Shown piece by piece: positions 48,208 to 61,521 of a DNA stretch of 64,000 nt (positions within the stretch are counted from its first letter, which is position 1; the number at the start of each line of letters is the position of its first letter). Under the pieces are notes generated by a model, which searched no databases, had not been told where the DNA came from, and saw only the letters and a list, made by a program, of their open reading frames with translations. The position numbers were made by a program, and so were the translations under genes. The DNA is taken from contig JAPMXV010000011.1 in assembly GCA_026936335.1 (NCBI GenBank), positions 62,001-126,000 of the forward strand, read 5' to 3'. This DNA comes from Mantamonas sphyraenae STR306. Its lineage: Eukaryota > Protista > CRuMs.

Positions 48208-49854
48208 ATGTCCAACAGCTCCAAAGTGGTTCGTGCCTGTACGTTTCTTGCCGCGCACAACACCAGGGATCTTGCAACTCGCATGCACACACGTTGCAGC
48301 CACTCACACACACACACACTCTCTCTCTCCCCACGCGCTTTGCTCTGCACAGTTGCCAAGGCCACGAAGAAGCTGGAGGACCACAATGAGATCGACTTTG
48401 TGTCCTCGGGTTTCGACAAAAAGTACCGCAAGGCCCTGGAGGCGGTGAAACAGTACGTGGAGAGACTGTGCATGAGTCGTGACTACATCACACGCTGTGA
48501 TGCGCGGTCTCGCGTTGCGTATTGGACATAGGATGGGAGTGCGCAGAAGCGGAGTGACCTGGGTAAGCAATCTCTGACGCGCCAACCCGGTCGGGCACAC
48601 CGCACCCCGCCCTGGCACCACACACAGGTACGCCGATTACCCATGGGGCGACGAAACGTGCACCCCAATTCACTTGGTCCAGATTGCCGAGATGTTTCCG
48701 GTGTACGTGAGCTCGCAGGTGGCCAATGGACACTCGCAGGACGAAAACTGGAAGCTGTGGCTGGATTCGTGCCTGGCCCTGCTGCAGGCCATCCGCATGC
48801 AGCCACACATCGATGCCGAAGACCGAGCAGCCCTGCACGACTCCACATGGGTGGCCATCATGCAACTGTTCACCACAGCCGAGGAGTTCTCCCATGTGAT
48901 GCGCCTGTGCGAGATGACACGCACTTACTTTGTGGAGGAGTTCAAACGAGGTCAGATTTCCGCGTTCCACACCCCACACACACACACACACACACACATG
49001 TCCCTTCACACGCAAGCACACGCACACAACAACGACACACACACGCACACACACTGTGTTGAACGTGTTACACCCCCCACCCCCTTGCCTCCCACAAGCA
49101 CATGACGCTTGTTGGGAAGGTGCAAAAGGTGGCGGGAGGGCTCAATGCCAAAGTTCCCCGACCGCCCACCCGTCCGACACACAGTCACTGACACGCAGAC
49201 ACAGACGAGTCATCGTACAACCTATTCTTATTGCCCATGATTACGGCGGTGGTGCACCAGTACGCAAGCATCAACATTCGCAAGAAGGAGCTGGAGGCAA
49301 ACCAGGGAACGACGAAGCAGTTCCAGGAGCAACGGCGTCGAGGCCTGTCCCTCAACCGCAGCGCCTCGGACATGGACCAACTGCTCAAGCCATTGCTGGA
49401 GGCACACGACACAGCCGCCGCCGTCCGGCAGCTCATCACAGACATGCTCGACCTCGAGGAGAACGCACAGATGAAGATGCTTGAACTGCTGCGTTGTTCG
49501 GCCTCAGACACTCTCATTCCACTCAGCGAACTGTTCTTTGAATACTTTCCCATCAGTGAGACCATCACTGCGGAGCAAACCGCACCGGAGACTCGCGACG
49601 ATGCAGGGGACAAGGAAAAGGCAGGCGAACAGAACGACGACGCCACGGGCGAAGACAACGACGACCACGGCGACGACGACCACACAGACGCCCACGAGGA
49701 AGAAGATTCAGAGTCCGAAACCGCTCACGGTGAGCATGGCGAGCAAACGAGTGAAGACGAAATCGTGGAGGTGGTGGACGACGATGAGAACAGCGACCAC
49801 TCAACCACTACCACCACCACCCTCCTGCAAGTGCCAAGTACACCCACCAGCAAA

Positions 49855-49885
<31 letters not shown>

Positions 49886-52800
49886 CAAGCACACCTACAG
49901 ACGTGGAAGTCTCCCAAATCGCAGAGGCTGCGTTGTCACCCATGCCGCCGTCTTCTTCCTCCTCCTCCTCCGCGTCCAGGATAGACAGCGGTGAAGGTGT
50001 CGGAGGCAGCGGTTCGTCGCCTGGTACATCGCCACGTGCTCATATGGGACCTCACATCGACGAGCAAGAGACTGAAATGGGGTTGGCACGTGTGCCTGGC
50101 GGCACAAAGAACTACGTGCTGACGCGCACTGAGAGCGTACGTCGTGCATCCATGGTGGCAGGCCGCGGCGACTACCAAAACAGATCCAATGTGCGCTTTT
50201 CCATGATCCTCAGCTCGCCCATGGACCACACAGAGACCCACCTGCAGCTGGATCCGTATGGCGACGAACCGCAGTCGGAGATCTTCCTCGACGCCGTGGC
50301 AAACATTGTCATGCAGCCCGACTTTCGCATTGCCATGGTCGGTCTCAAGCTCATGCGATCCACCTGCAAGCCCGTGGCAGGTGTGCCCGAGGACCGCGTG
50401 CGCGTCATTGCTGGCGCAGTGGGCGTGTGGATGGACCACTTCCTCAGCCGCACAGGCGAGGGCGACTATGAAATGGACGTCATCGAGGCATTCACAGAGT
50501 ATGTGGTGCCCTGGCTCGAGCAGTGTGATAAGGTGTACCGCGACGTGCTGTGTCAGATGTGCATCCCGTCGCCGCCGGCCTCCATGCGAAGAGGTCCCAT
50601 CTGGATGGTGCAACGCACACGCACGGCCGCCTCCGTCGAAGCCACCACTCGTCGATTGCGCTACCTTGTCATGCGCTTCATCAAGATCGGCTCCATGCAC
50701 AGTTTCAAGCACTGTGTCGAGCTCGTGTACCCGTTCTGGCTCGACCACCTTGCGCCGCGCACCTTTGGAACCGTGATGAAGCCGCAGGACAGGCCCGAAC
50801 CTGCCCTTCTGCGCCTGGGCAACACCAAGTTTCGCATCGACACGGACATTGCCGCCATGCTGCGCAACGTCCTCGAGTTTAAGGAGGCCTACACGCTCAC
50901 CCAGCTGCTGGAGCAGGAGGAGAGTGCAGGCGACGCAGGTTCCTCCTCTTCCTCTTCCTCCTCATCCTCGGAGCGCGGGGATGGCCAATCCAGCGAAGGC
51001 CAGGACAGTGAAGGGGGACCCAAGTCGTCCTTCAACGACGTGGTGCGCTTCAACGGCCGCACCGTGCCCATTAGCCTCATCCTCAAGGCGCGCTTCCAGG
51101 ACTTTGAGTTTCTGCTGTCGCAGTTTGAGCGTGCTGTGACGGGCAGCAATGGGGACAGCGGACGCACAAGCCGCAACGCCGTAAACGAAGATGGCTGGGC
51201 CGAGGATGCAAGCTCGGGCGACGACATGCTGACCACCCTGGACGACTCTGCGTTGGGCAGCGACAAGGACGCCTCGTTTGAGGAGCAACGCGAGTTTATC
51301 ATGAAGAACAAGTCGATCCAGCGTGGCACGCGCTGGATGGAGCTTCTGATTGCCATTGGCGCCCGTGTGCCTCTGGAGGTCATTTTCGCGTGTCTGGGCA
51401 CCGACATGTCTGTCAAGCAGGCCTACCAATTGCTGGAGATGGTCTTTCGTCTGCTGGCACGCGACCCATTTATTGGGGGTTCGCTGAATTATTCGCACGA
51501 GGAGCTGCTGCCCCTGCTGACCCTCCTCGTGACCAAGTTTCCACGGCGCTCTAGCCCAGACTACTCGCGCTTCATCATTCTGCTGCTCAAGCTCATCGAG
51601 TATGCGTTTGGGGCGCCGATTGCCATTGAAAAGAGCAACATGTTGCGCGACGACAAGACGGCCACCGCGGGGCGCTCGGAGGTGGAGGCTCGGTTTGCCA
51701 AAAGCACTCTGGGTGCGTCGGCACAGCAGCAGCAACAGGGAGAGGTTGTGATCAAGCGCAACGTAACGGAGGACAGAGAACCCTTCATCGAGGTGACGAT
51801 GGACGACATGTTCCTCCTGCTTGTGCTGGAGCATGTGAACGACGAGGACGAGTTTGTGGTGTGCAGCGCAGTGCATTGCCTGCACGCGCTGAGCAATGTG
51901 GGCGTGGTGCACCGCTCCATGGTGACCAACGCACACGAGTTTCTTATGCAACACCACGAAACCATTGCGTACCGGCTGTGGACGGTGTCGCAGCCGGAGT
52001 ACTCGGTGGTGCAGAAGCAACTCATCGACCTGTTCCACTTTTTCATGCGTCAATCGCACGCAATTGTACAGAAGCCTATCGACAGATCGTTTGAGAGCGA
52101 AGACTGGTTGGAGCGGTATGCAGCCATCAACCGCGCTGTTGGCCTGCTCAATTGGCCCATGGTACAGAAAGAAGACATTGAAGACTGCACCGAAGAGGTG
52201 ATTGGGTCCGCCTCTGCGCAGATGCTGCGTTCGCTCAGCGATCCCAATTCGCACGTGCGCACACGCGCGGAAATGACCATCAAGAGTCTGGACAGGGTTG
52301 TGCTCGACCGCATGGTGTATGCCCTGAGTGCATACTACATTGGCACGTCGGTGCGTGTGCGCACGGCTGTGGTGAAGGAGGTGCACGTGCTCAAGACTCT
52401 GGTGCCCCACTACGACTTTCCCCTGGACACTCGCTTTTCCCTCTCGCAACTCACCACAAGCATGGGCATGAAGTCGGATGCCAAGCCAAAGCCGCGTGTG
52501 CAGGAGGTCAACCGCTACCGCGACCTCAGCGCACGCGTGGCCAACACGCTGCCGAAAGAATTGGTCAATGCCTCGGGTCTCGCGGATGTGGCCAACGGAG
52601 CCAACGGCGACGGTGCTGGCGGTGACAACTCGGGCAGCAGCAGCAACAACAGCGGTGGAGCTGGTGGTGGAGCTGGTGGGGCACGTATAGGTGCGCGAGC
52701 AAGTGCAAGCGACGGGGCAAGCAGTTTGGCACGGCAGGCTGTGCGCCAGAGCTCCATGGACAGCGAACTCATGCGCAGTGCATTGGATGCCGAGGACGAG

Positions 52801-55800
52801 GAGGGCGAGGAGGACAACAATGAGAATGACGAAGAGGAGGAGGAGGAGGAGGAGAACGCCCAAGGACGAGCCATGTCGGTGACAGACACGGTGCTCAAAG
52901 CGGCAGCCATGGCGGCGGGCCAGCAAGCGGACAAGGACAAAGACAAGGTTGCGACGGCGCAGGTGGGCCGCACAGACTCGGTGACTCGCAGCGGCAGCAC
53001 GGCGAGCGTGAGGCAACAAAGCACGCACCGAGAACGAGGAGCGTCAGGAACAAGAGCAGGTGCGGCGACGCAAGAGCAGGACGAAGTGGCAGAGTATGCG
53101 TCGCAGCTGCGTGCTCGCACAGAGCTGATCAACAACCGAGTGCGTGCGTGGAAAGCCAAGTCGAAAAAGAAGCGGCAGGAGCGTCTGCGTGCAGGCAAGG
53201 CCAACGAAGACGACCATGCGCTGTACAATCTCAAGGCCATGCTGATGACGCTGGCATTTGAAAACATTGCGCGTGCGGCGTTGTACAAACCGTTGGATCC
53301 CGAGGATCCGGCCAACGACCAGTTCCGGCGCACGACAGCCAGCATTTTTCTGCAGGTGAAGGAGATGCGAGAGGGCAGTGAGGCGTTGGATGAGCTGATG
53401 CGTGGCCATTTGCTCATGTTTTCGTACCTGCAGGGCTGCACGAATGTGCTCATCCACAACCGGTCCATCTCTGACGAGCGGCTGGTGACGTACTTTCTGC
53501 GCGACATGGACGAGGTGTTCAAGCGCGTGGACTTCAACACTATGCACCCGATCATTTGCGAGTCATGGCTGCAGATGTTGCAGGCCATGCTGTCGCACTA
53601 CGAACTGGTGGCCACCGAGGACAACCTGACCAAGGTGGCCGCACGCGAGGAGCCCACGCGGCGAGTGGTCCAGCATGTGTTGCGCTGTGTGGACGGCAAG
53701 AATGTGACGGACGAGTGCAAAGTGCTGGCCATCAATTGCTGCTGGCTGACGGTGCACCGCTGGCGTCCGCTTGCTGTCGCTTCGCTCTTTGACATGCTGC
53801 GCATCATGTGCAACACGTACGTCAACTACGAAACACCCGAGGTGGCTGGCGCCGCGTATGTGTGCCTGCAGGAGATCTTTCGCGTGTATGCCAACGCAGG
53901 CGTGTTTATCCACGTGTTCAAGCTGGACATCGACAGCGAAGACTTTACGGTGACGGAAAACGAGTTTTTCGGCATCATTGAGAATCTGGTGAACGATCCG
54001 ACGTGTGGCCTGCAGATGTACGACCCCATCGAAGACGTACTGGAGTCGATTTCATTCTTCAACCTGAGCAACTCGCAGTTTACGCACGTGATGTACAACC
54101 TGGCCAAGTACGTGCGCACTGTGGTGCTGAAGGAGCAGCTGCCCGACCATCTCATCTTTGCCTTTCGTCGCTTCCTGCGCAGCATCACGCACGAGTATCC
54201 GGACGCAGACTACTCGGTGGTGCTCAACATCATCAGCGTGCTGCTGGAAAACTCGTTGGAAAAGTTCACCGAGCTGGTGGAGCCCGTGCAAACCCTGCTG
54301 GAGTTTGGCATCCAATCGACAGAGTGTGACCTGTCCGGTGACGCCGTTCACAAGTTCATGGCCACTGTGGCGTGGTTCTTCCGCTACTCGCGACACAAGT
54401 TTTCGCGGCCTGTGGCAGAGCTGCTGCGCGATTTTCTCAAACACCTGACGTACGCGATGCCGCGCAACCACATGAAGCGCATCCGCATCTCGGAGCAGCT
54501 GCAGTCGTACGTACGCATGTGCATGTACGACCTTGCCAACCTGCAGATGCAGGTGCAGAACGATGAACTGAACGCACTCGTGCAGCGCAACGAGGGCGGC
54601 CCACGCAAGTTGAACAACCGCAGCATCAGTCAGGCAGCGCTGGGACGCTCCGCCATCAAAGGAGCCAAGGCAAAGCGAGATGGTGACAGCAGCAGCAGCA
54701 GCAGCAGTGGCGGAAAGGGAAAGGGCAAAGGCAAAGGCAAGGAAAGCAAGGACGGCGCAGTGAAGTCGGCGGCACCCTCGCTGTCCTCAGTGGGCGGAGG
54801 TGGCCTGGGATCAGATGGGTTTGGGGCAGCGGGACAGTATTCGAGCTCGGCGCTGGCGGCGCGACGCAAGAAGGAAAAGGAGGAGGGCAAACGCAAGGGC
54901 AAGGGAGGAGGAGGAGGCGACGGCGGCGGCAGTGGTGGCAGTGGCGGTGGCCTGTTGGCCAATGGACGTAGCTCGAGTGGACCTACATCGATGGACAGCA
55001 CGACCGCCAATGTGTTTTCGCAAGCGAGGATGACCAAGCTACATGTGGAAAGGCAGAAGAAAGCACCGATGATCATGAAGCTGTCGGAGGAGTATCTGGG
55101 GAGGTCCTACGTGACGAAGCACATGGGGTACTATGTGCAGGAGATGATCACGTATCTGGGCCACGTTCCGGACAAGCCCGAGTTTCGACACGCCAAGGCC
55201 GATGTGGCACACTACCTGTGTATGCAGTCGATGTACATCCACAAGCAACGCAGCAACATGTGGGAGATGGCCCTGCAGGAGCCAGGGTCCCTCGTGCGGG
55301 GCGACGATACACACAAGCTCCTGGACCAGTTCCGCACCTGCGAGTGGCTACTGCTCGACCTGTGCACACACACGGGCGTGCTGCTCAAGCATGAGCGCGA
55401 ACACTGGGACAGCAAGATTAGCCGCTATGTGCAAAAGTCGCTGGAGACGCTGGTGCCTGTGCGAGGCCTGGGTCGCGAGTTTGAGTTTACCCTGACACAT
55501 GCACAGACGCTGATGCACACGTTTCTGTGCGTGCAAATCTACACCTACTTTCTGGTGCGCAACGAGAAGGACGAAAACGTGCATCTGGCGTTCTGGAACC
55601 CGCTGTGGAGTCTGCTGGTCAAGCATCTGATCCCGTCGTCAGGCATCCAGGCCGAAGACGACGAAACCGGCGGCGCAGGCAGCTCCTCGTCGTCGTCGTC
55701 CGCCGCATCGAACAGCAACAAGCGTCGTTCGATGACTGGGATCAAGGGTGACGAGATCCTGGTGTTGTCGGAGATCCACTCGCCCGGGATGGGCCTTCTG

Positions 55801-56118
55801 TGGGCTCTGTTTGTCAACACAGTGATGGTGTTCCAAACCATTTCGCCCTCGCTGTTGGCCATCTACGGGCCGTATTGGATGACAGCGGTGGCCATCATCG
55901 AGGAGAGACTTCCGAATCTCGGTGCCAAAGAGATCCGTCCCCTGCGCAGGCTGATTGCCTCTGTGTACCGGGGACACACCAGTGTGGGCAAGGAGTCGTC
56001 GCCAGAGGACGTGCAGGAGCTGTTCAGGCAGCAGCTGTTCTATCTGGTAAGCGAGAGCAGCCTGACGACGCTGTTTACTCAGTTTGCGTCGTCGGACGAG
56101 CTCAAGGAACTGTTGTGA
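48208..56118 (+). CDS. Very large HEAT/ARM-type protein, UNC79-like (NALCN channelosome subunit family); 5' exon structure partly uncertain
   Basis: RAFAKATKKLEDHN, TMDDMFLLL...AVHCLHALS, SEDWLERYAAI, SLSDPNSHVRTRA resemble UNC79 segments as I recall them (FASKIRYLQEYHN, SMEEMFGF, SKDWKMRFEAV, EDVNPAVATRA). Confidence 0.6.
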
Positions 56119-56165
56119 GGGGGAAAGAGAGACACAGAGAGAGAGAGAGAGTATGCACCGTGTAT

Positions 56166-57227
56166 TCAGCGACCCACTTTGCCCAGTTTGGTGTTTGTCT
56201 TTGGATCGGCCGTGTACTCTTGGACGGCGACTATGATCTGGTTGATGTTGTCCTGCAGCTCACGCAGGTCTTCGATGTACAAAAGGCGCAGAATCTTTGC
56301 CATGTGATTGATGGTGGCATCGCCTGTGTCAAACCCCAGCGGTGACACAGAATCGTCCGCCAGAGCAGCCTGTGCTCGCTGCAAAGCCGAGAGCTGCCCG
56401 CTGCCGTGGCTGCTGCTGCTGCTGCTGCTCTGCTTCTGCTGCTGTTCCAGTGTGTGTTTGCCCAGGGCATTGGTGACGGTGGCACGCACGATTTTGAGGA
56501 CGTCCCCAGGCTCGTCGTCAGGGTGGACGGGAATGGTGAGGGCGTCGGCGAGGGCCATGAGCGCATCCAGCGTGTCTTGGTCGTCCAGGTCGACATCCAG
56601 CTCGCCTGTGGCACCATCCTCCACGTCCATACCGACATTTGAGGAAGAGGAGGAGGAGGAGGAGGAGGAAGAAGAAGTGCTGGTGCTGGTGCCTGGCCCG
56701 TTGAAACTGTCCTTGTTGTCGCGGTACTCCAGAGCGACGGCAAACGAAAGCAGCCAGTGCACGATGGCGGCCGTGGACTCGCTCTTTCCAGGCGCATACG
56801 TCAGGGGACAGCCCAGGTCATCCAAGTACTGTCCAGTGTGTTGTTTCGTGCGTGGGGAGGGAGTGGAGGGGCGTGTGTGAGCGCGGCGACAAACGGCGAG
56901 GCACATTTCCCAAGAATCCGCACACAGAGACACAGTGGTCGCCATGGCACACTACCTTTTGCAGATGGGCATCCCACTCGGAGGCATCCGAGTCAAAGTC
57001 GCGCAGGGGCTCGCGTTTCTCGATGGGCTGTGCTCGGATCTTTGTGTCTTCCAACCAGGCGACGAGGGGACGCAGCTCGGCTTGATCTGGGTCCCAGGGC
57101 ACACACAGCGTTAGCAAACACGAATGAGGATTGGTGCCATGTAGTGTCAACACAGCCTACCTAAAATGTCAAACTGCTCTGCACGAGGGTACTCCAGCAC
57201 GGCAAAGCGAGTGGCCCATTGCGACAT
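56166..57227 (-). CDS. RTRAF: RTRAF/C14orf166 (CGI-99), tRNA-ligase complex subunit; 2 introns
   Basis: LVAWLEDTKIR, YLDDLGCP, PLGFDTGD, ILRLLYIEDLRELQDNINQIIVAVQEYTADPKTNTKLGKVGR*. Confidence 0.93.
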
Positions 57228-57360
57228 GGCAGGCAGGAGAACTCTGAGAAAGGATGGTGAGGGCGACGCCGACGAAGAAGAGGGAGCGGCTTGAAACAGG
57301 AACACTGACACACTGTGTGCTTGATGCATGTGTGGATGGGTGTGGGATGTGTGTTCTCAG

Positions 57361-58134
57361 ATGGTCGAAACGCACACGCCGACTCAGCTGGAGCTTGTTT
57401 ACAGGCCGAGGCTGATGTGGGCAACAAGCGGGGTGTTTGGAGCATTCGCCCTGCTTTGCTTCGGGCTGGCGACGGGCCAGCAATACAAGGGGCCGCCGGA
57501 GTTCCTGAACACCCTCGGGGTGTGTTTAATGATTATTGCCGTGACCATCATGTGGTTTATGGGACGCACGGACGTGTTTAGCGCGGACAAGAACACAGGG
57601 GTCATTCGCATCCACACCCACTTTCTTTCGCTCTTCAAATCGCGCTCGGAGCTGAAACACATCGATGACGTGCAGGACGTGGTCATCGAACGCCTGGACC
57701 TCATGTCCCATCGCAAGGACAAGAGCACGGCCACCATGGAGGCGCAAAACCTGAACGGCGACCCGGCGTACCGCGTGGCTCTGCAGATGAACCACGGCGG
57801 AGGAAGTGCGCCCGTGCTCCTCACACGCTCCTTTGTGGGAGGCACCTGCGACCCAGGACTGGCTGCCGATGACGTCGAGGTCTACCTGCGCACCTTTCTC
57901 GAGCTGGAAGCCTCGGCCTTTGACGGCAACGACCGCGACGAGGCCAACGAGCAGATGGAACATGTGCGTGACGAGTTGGGTGCTTCCCAGGCCGCAAAGA
58001 AGGCCTGGCATGCAAGTGACGATCCCTCGCCCTTTGATGTGGACTACAGCGCAGGCAGCAGCTCAGACCTCGCTGGCAGCATGTTGGCGGAGCTGGAGGA
58101 CGATGACGACAGTGACGATGCCGAGTTTGTGTGA
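57361..58134 (+). CDS. Two-TM membrane protein resembling EROS/CYBC1 (C17orf62)
   Basis: VETHTPTQLEL, two TMs, ADKNTGVIRI, IDDVQDVVIE, YRVALQM, LLTRS, LRTFLEL parallel CYBC1 (VETRTSSRLHL, FDKSTGKVVL, LHDVRDVSVE, YMVVLRL, PLTQS, ITSFLEL). Confidence 0.65.
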   Translation: MVETHTPTQLELVYRPRLMWATSGVFGAFALLCFGLATGQQYKGPPEFLNTLGVCLMIIAVTIMWFMGRTDVFSADKNTGVIRIHTHFLSLFKSRSELKHIDDVQDVVIERLDLMSHRKDKSTATMEAQNLNGDPAYRVALQMNHGGGSAPVLLTRSFVGGTCDPGLAADDVEVYLRTFLELEASAFDGNDRDEANEQMEHVRDELGASQAAKKAWHASDDPSPFDVDYSAGSSSDLAGSMLAELEDDDDSDDAEFV

Positions 58135-58232
58135 TGAGGGGCAGATGGGTATGGCCGATGGGGGCCGGGGGGGGAAGGGGGATGGAGGGGGGGATGGACG
58201 GACGGCCAGCAGCAGGCAGGCACAGAAGGCGT

Positions 58233-61200
58233 TTAGTCGGTTTTGGCGTCACCACCCATCGGTGCGTCTTCGACAGGGTACACGTTGCGTGTGAGCGGTG
58301 TGGTGAGGGCGTACAAAAGAGGTATAAAGATGCACTGGGCGTTGAGGATGCCAAAGTGACTGATTGAGACGCCAATCTCTTTCCAGGAGCCTTCGTCGCG
58401 CACGAGGAAGAAAAACGTGAGGGTCATGACGTCGAGGATGGCCAACATGAGGAGAATGAGAGCACCAGAGGGTAGGCGGATGCGTGTGACGAGCATGCGA
58501 AAGGCAACCACCACAATAATGAAGGGAATGAGGATCTTCCACATGAGCATGGCGCCCATGAGGAATGGATCAAACACGGTGGTGAAGCGGTATGTGCTGC
58601 TGATCTCAAAGCTGCTGAGGGAGGCCACGTTGCCCGTGCCGAAAAAGGCGAGGTTGATGTACAGCACAAAGAGCAGGGCGGTGAACACATCGAGGGCGTC
58701 CATGGGCCTGCCTTTGGGTGGGGGTTGGCCGTTGGGGCCGCCATCGAAGCGCAGGAAGGCCAGGTGATCGGTGAATGAGTACAGATTGGCAGCGAGGAGG
58801 GCGACAAAGATGGCTTCAAAGTTGATGCTGAGGAGGACGAAGGAGGGTGCGAGACCAGCCACAATGCCTTGGAAGCGGCTGGGCTGGTCGCAGCGCGAGA
58901 AGAAGGGAAGGGTGTAGGAAAAGGCAAAGAGGGACCATGCGGCGAGTTGGTTGATGCGCGGGAGGCCCTGCTTGGCAGCCAGCGAGTGATCGGTGGCAAA
59001 GACAATGATTGCAGCGAGGGCGGTGGCAGCCAATTGGGTCCAGAGCAGTGGCTGAGGCGGAAGCGAGTCGCCTGCAAGGTGGTAGACGAGGAGCAGAAGC
59101 GCAAGGACACCCAATGCAATGAAAACGGGCGATTCGCCGCGGTCGACGGGAATGACCGGGAACACGCAGATGAGGAGGAAGGAAAACACGGCTTGGATGC
59201 TTGCGCCTGGAACATGTCGCCACTTGATGGTGGAGAGGACCCAGACGGCGAGGAGGACGAGGAGGACGGAGAAGGCCACCCGGTTGGAGTACCCGTACAC
59301 CATGGTTTGCAGGAGGGCAAACAGGAGCAGAAGACCCACGGCAGCTTCCACCATGGCCACGGTGGAGGAGGTGAGTGCAGCCAGCAGACGCGAACGGGCG
59401 GCCGATTGTGCAGCCACGCCGGTCCAGAAGAGGCAGGGGAACAGCCAGTAGGCGTAGTACATGGGTGGACTCGACTCGGCCCACAGGAAACCAGCACCGA
59501 CGAGGAACACAGCCACGCCGTGGGTGTAGGGTGGGTGGGTGGCATCACCATTCTGCCGGGGTTGTTGGGGTGTGTTGTTGATGGCGGGTGTTGTCGTCGT
59601 GGTCATCGTCGCGAATGCCATCGGCAAACTCGGCCACGACAAAGAGGGCGACGTAGGCCATCCAACCGAGGTAGCCCAATACAACCATGGTCATGAGAAA
59701 AGGCCAATCGTACGTTTGGTAGTATCGGAGGGCCTGCAGGGCGGTGCGAATGAGCTTGATGCTGGCCTGGTGGGCCTGATCGTACACGCCATTGTGCAGG
59801 TGAGTGCGAATGATGTCCAACTGCTGCCTCTGAGCCTCTGTGTCGCCCAAGGGACCGTAGGGAACAAAACGCAACGCAGTGTGGGCCTTGAGTTGTGCTT
59901 TGCGTTGGACCTGGGCCAGAATCTGCTGGGCGTTGGTGAAGAGATGCCATGCGGGATGTCCAGTTGCTTCAGGGTTGCTGTCGTCCAGATAGGCTGTGGG
60001 CAGGACGCCAACCGAGTTGGCAGGCAGGGGAATGCCCAGCAGGGTGCTCATGAGCGGTGCCACATCGGCCTGCTGCACGTCGTGCCGTTGCAAGTGATTG
60101 ACATTCCAATGGGGCGGTGAGATGGGCCACGGGGAATGGGCATCGGCGTCGACGTCGCCGTCGTTTGCGGCACGCATGCCCAACGATCCGGCGGTGGTCG
60201 TGACAAGGGGCCTGCGACGCGGGCCTGCGATTCCTGCGCCCCAACACACCAGCGGCGTCTCTGTGTTTGCCGTTTCGCCGTCGCCATGGGACCCTTTGTT
60301 GCTCATGCCATGGTCTGCGGTGAACACATAGGCAGTGCGTGCGTCGTGGTTGTAAAACTGCTCGATGCGTGTGTACAGCTTGCGAATGCCCTCGTCCACC
60401 ACTCCCAGATTGGCGTAGTACTCCTGGGAGTAAGGACGGAAGGCATGGCCGGCCGTGTCGATGCCCAACAAGTGAAGGAACAAAACAATGCCCTCATGGC
60501 GTAGCATACGGTCCAACGTTGCGTTGCGGCTGGCGTTGTCAAACAGTTGGTTGACCTTGTCAAACACCCACGTGTCCAGCCGTGTGGTGTCTCGTCCATA
60601 GTCTTCCTGTTCGGCTCCGTACATGAAGGCCTCGACTTGGGGCGAGGAATCGGCAAACATGGGCAGGATGTCCGGCGAACCAAACGTCCAGGCATGCCAT
60701 GTCTGGTTCAACACCGAATCAAACTCCACTGGGTTGGATTGCCATCCTGTGACAGGGCATGGCATACGCACAGGGGGAAGGAGAGAAGCAGCGAGGGAGC
60801 GACAGACGCGAGTGAGTGAACGTTGCCGGATGTTGGGCGTTGGCGGGGGTGGGAACGATGGGGGCTCTTGCTCGCAAAACAAACCTTTGGTGACGGCACT
60901 GACGTCTTCATAGAAGCCAGCAATGAGGGCCACGTGCCCCGGGCGTGATTCTGTGGGCACACGAGTGTGGGAGACGCCAAAGGTGCCGTTTGAGCGCAGG
61001 ACGGCGTTGAGAAAAGTAGCCCGATTGTCTGTAGGGGCCTGTGGGCTGTGTGCAGAACCGGCAGGCATTGGATGCACGGATTCGTGTTCAAAGAACTTGT
61101 CCGCACGCAAACCGTCGGCAACCATGAGTACAAGACGCCGTGCAGGGGGTGGGGCGTGCTTTGCGTCGCTGCGGAAGTGAGGCATTCCGTGGACCAAGGG

Positions 61201-61302
61201 CGAGCGGAAGTAGATGTCAAAGATGCTCAGCATGGCAACCAGGTGGAACAGTACGCCCACCAGGAGCAGCAGCGCCACACGGCGGTTTGTGGAAGAGGCC
61301 AT
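58233..61302 (-). CDS. PIGN: GPI ethanolamine-phosphate transferase 1 (PIG-N/Mcd4); intron 60884-60747; apparent frameshift ~59550-59630
   Basis: SIFDIYFRSPLVHGM, VADGLRADK, SHTRVPTESRPGHVALIAGFYEDVSAVTKG, TADHGMS, AFFGTGNVAS, VRDEGSWKEIG. Confidence 0.95.
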
Positions 61303-61521
61303 GGGTTGGTGGAGCCAGGGAATCCTCCTCATCGCTCCACCTCCGTGCCCGTCTGCAGGGTGGGATTGAGAGACTGACAGAGAGACCATGGGTGGGTGGT
61401 GGAGAGGGATTTGGGGAGTGTGCTGGTGTGCGTGTGCATGCGAGGGTTGCACTTCGACTCTCCCGGATGGGTTTGCGCAGTGGCAGGCATCCGAACTCGA
61501 AGAATTCTGAGAAGGAAGCAA

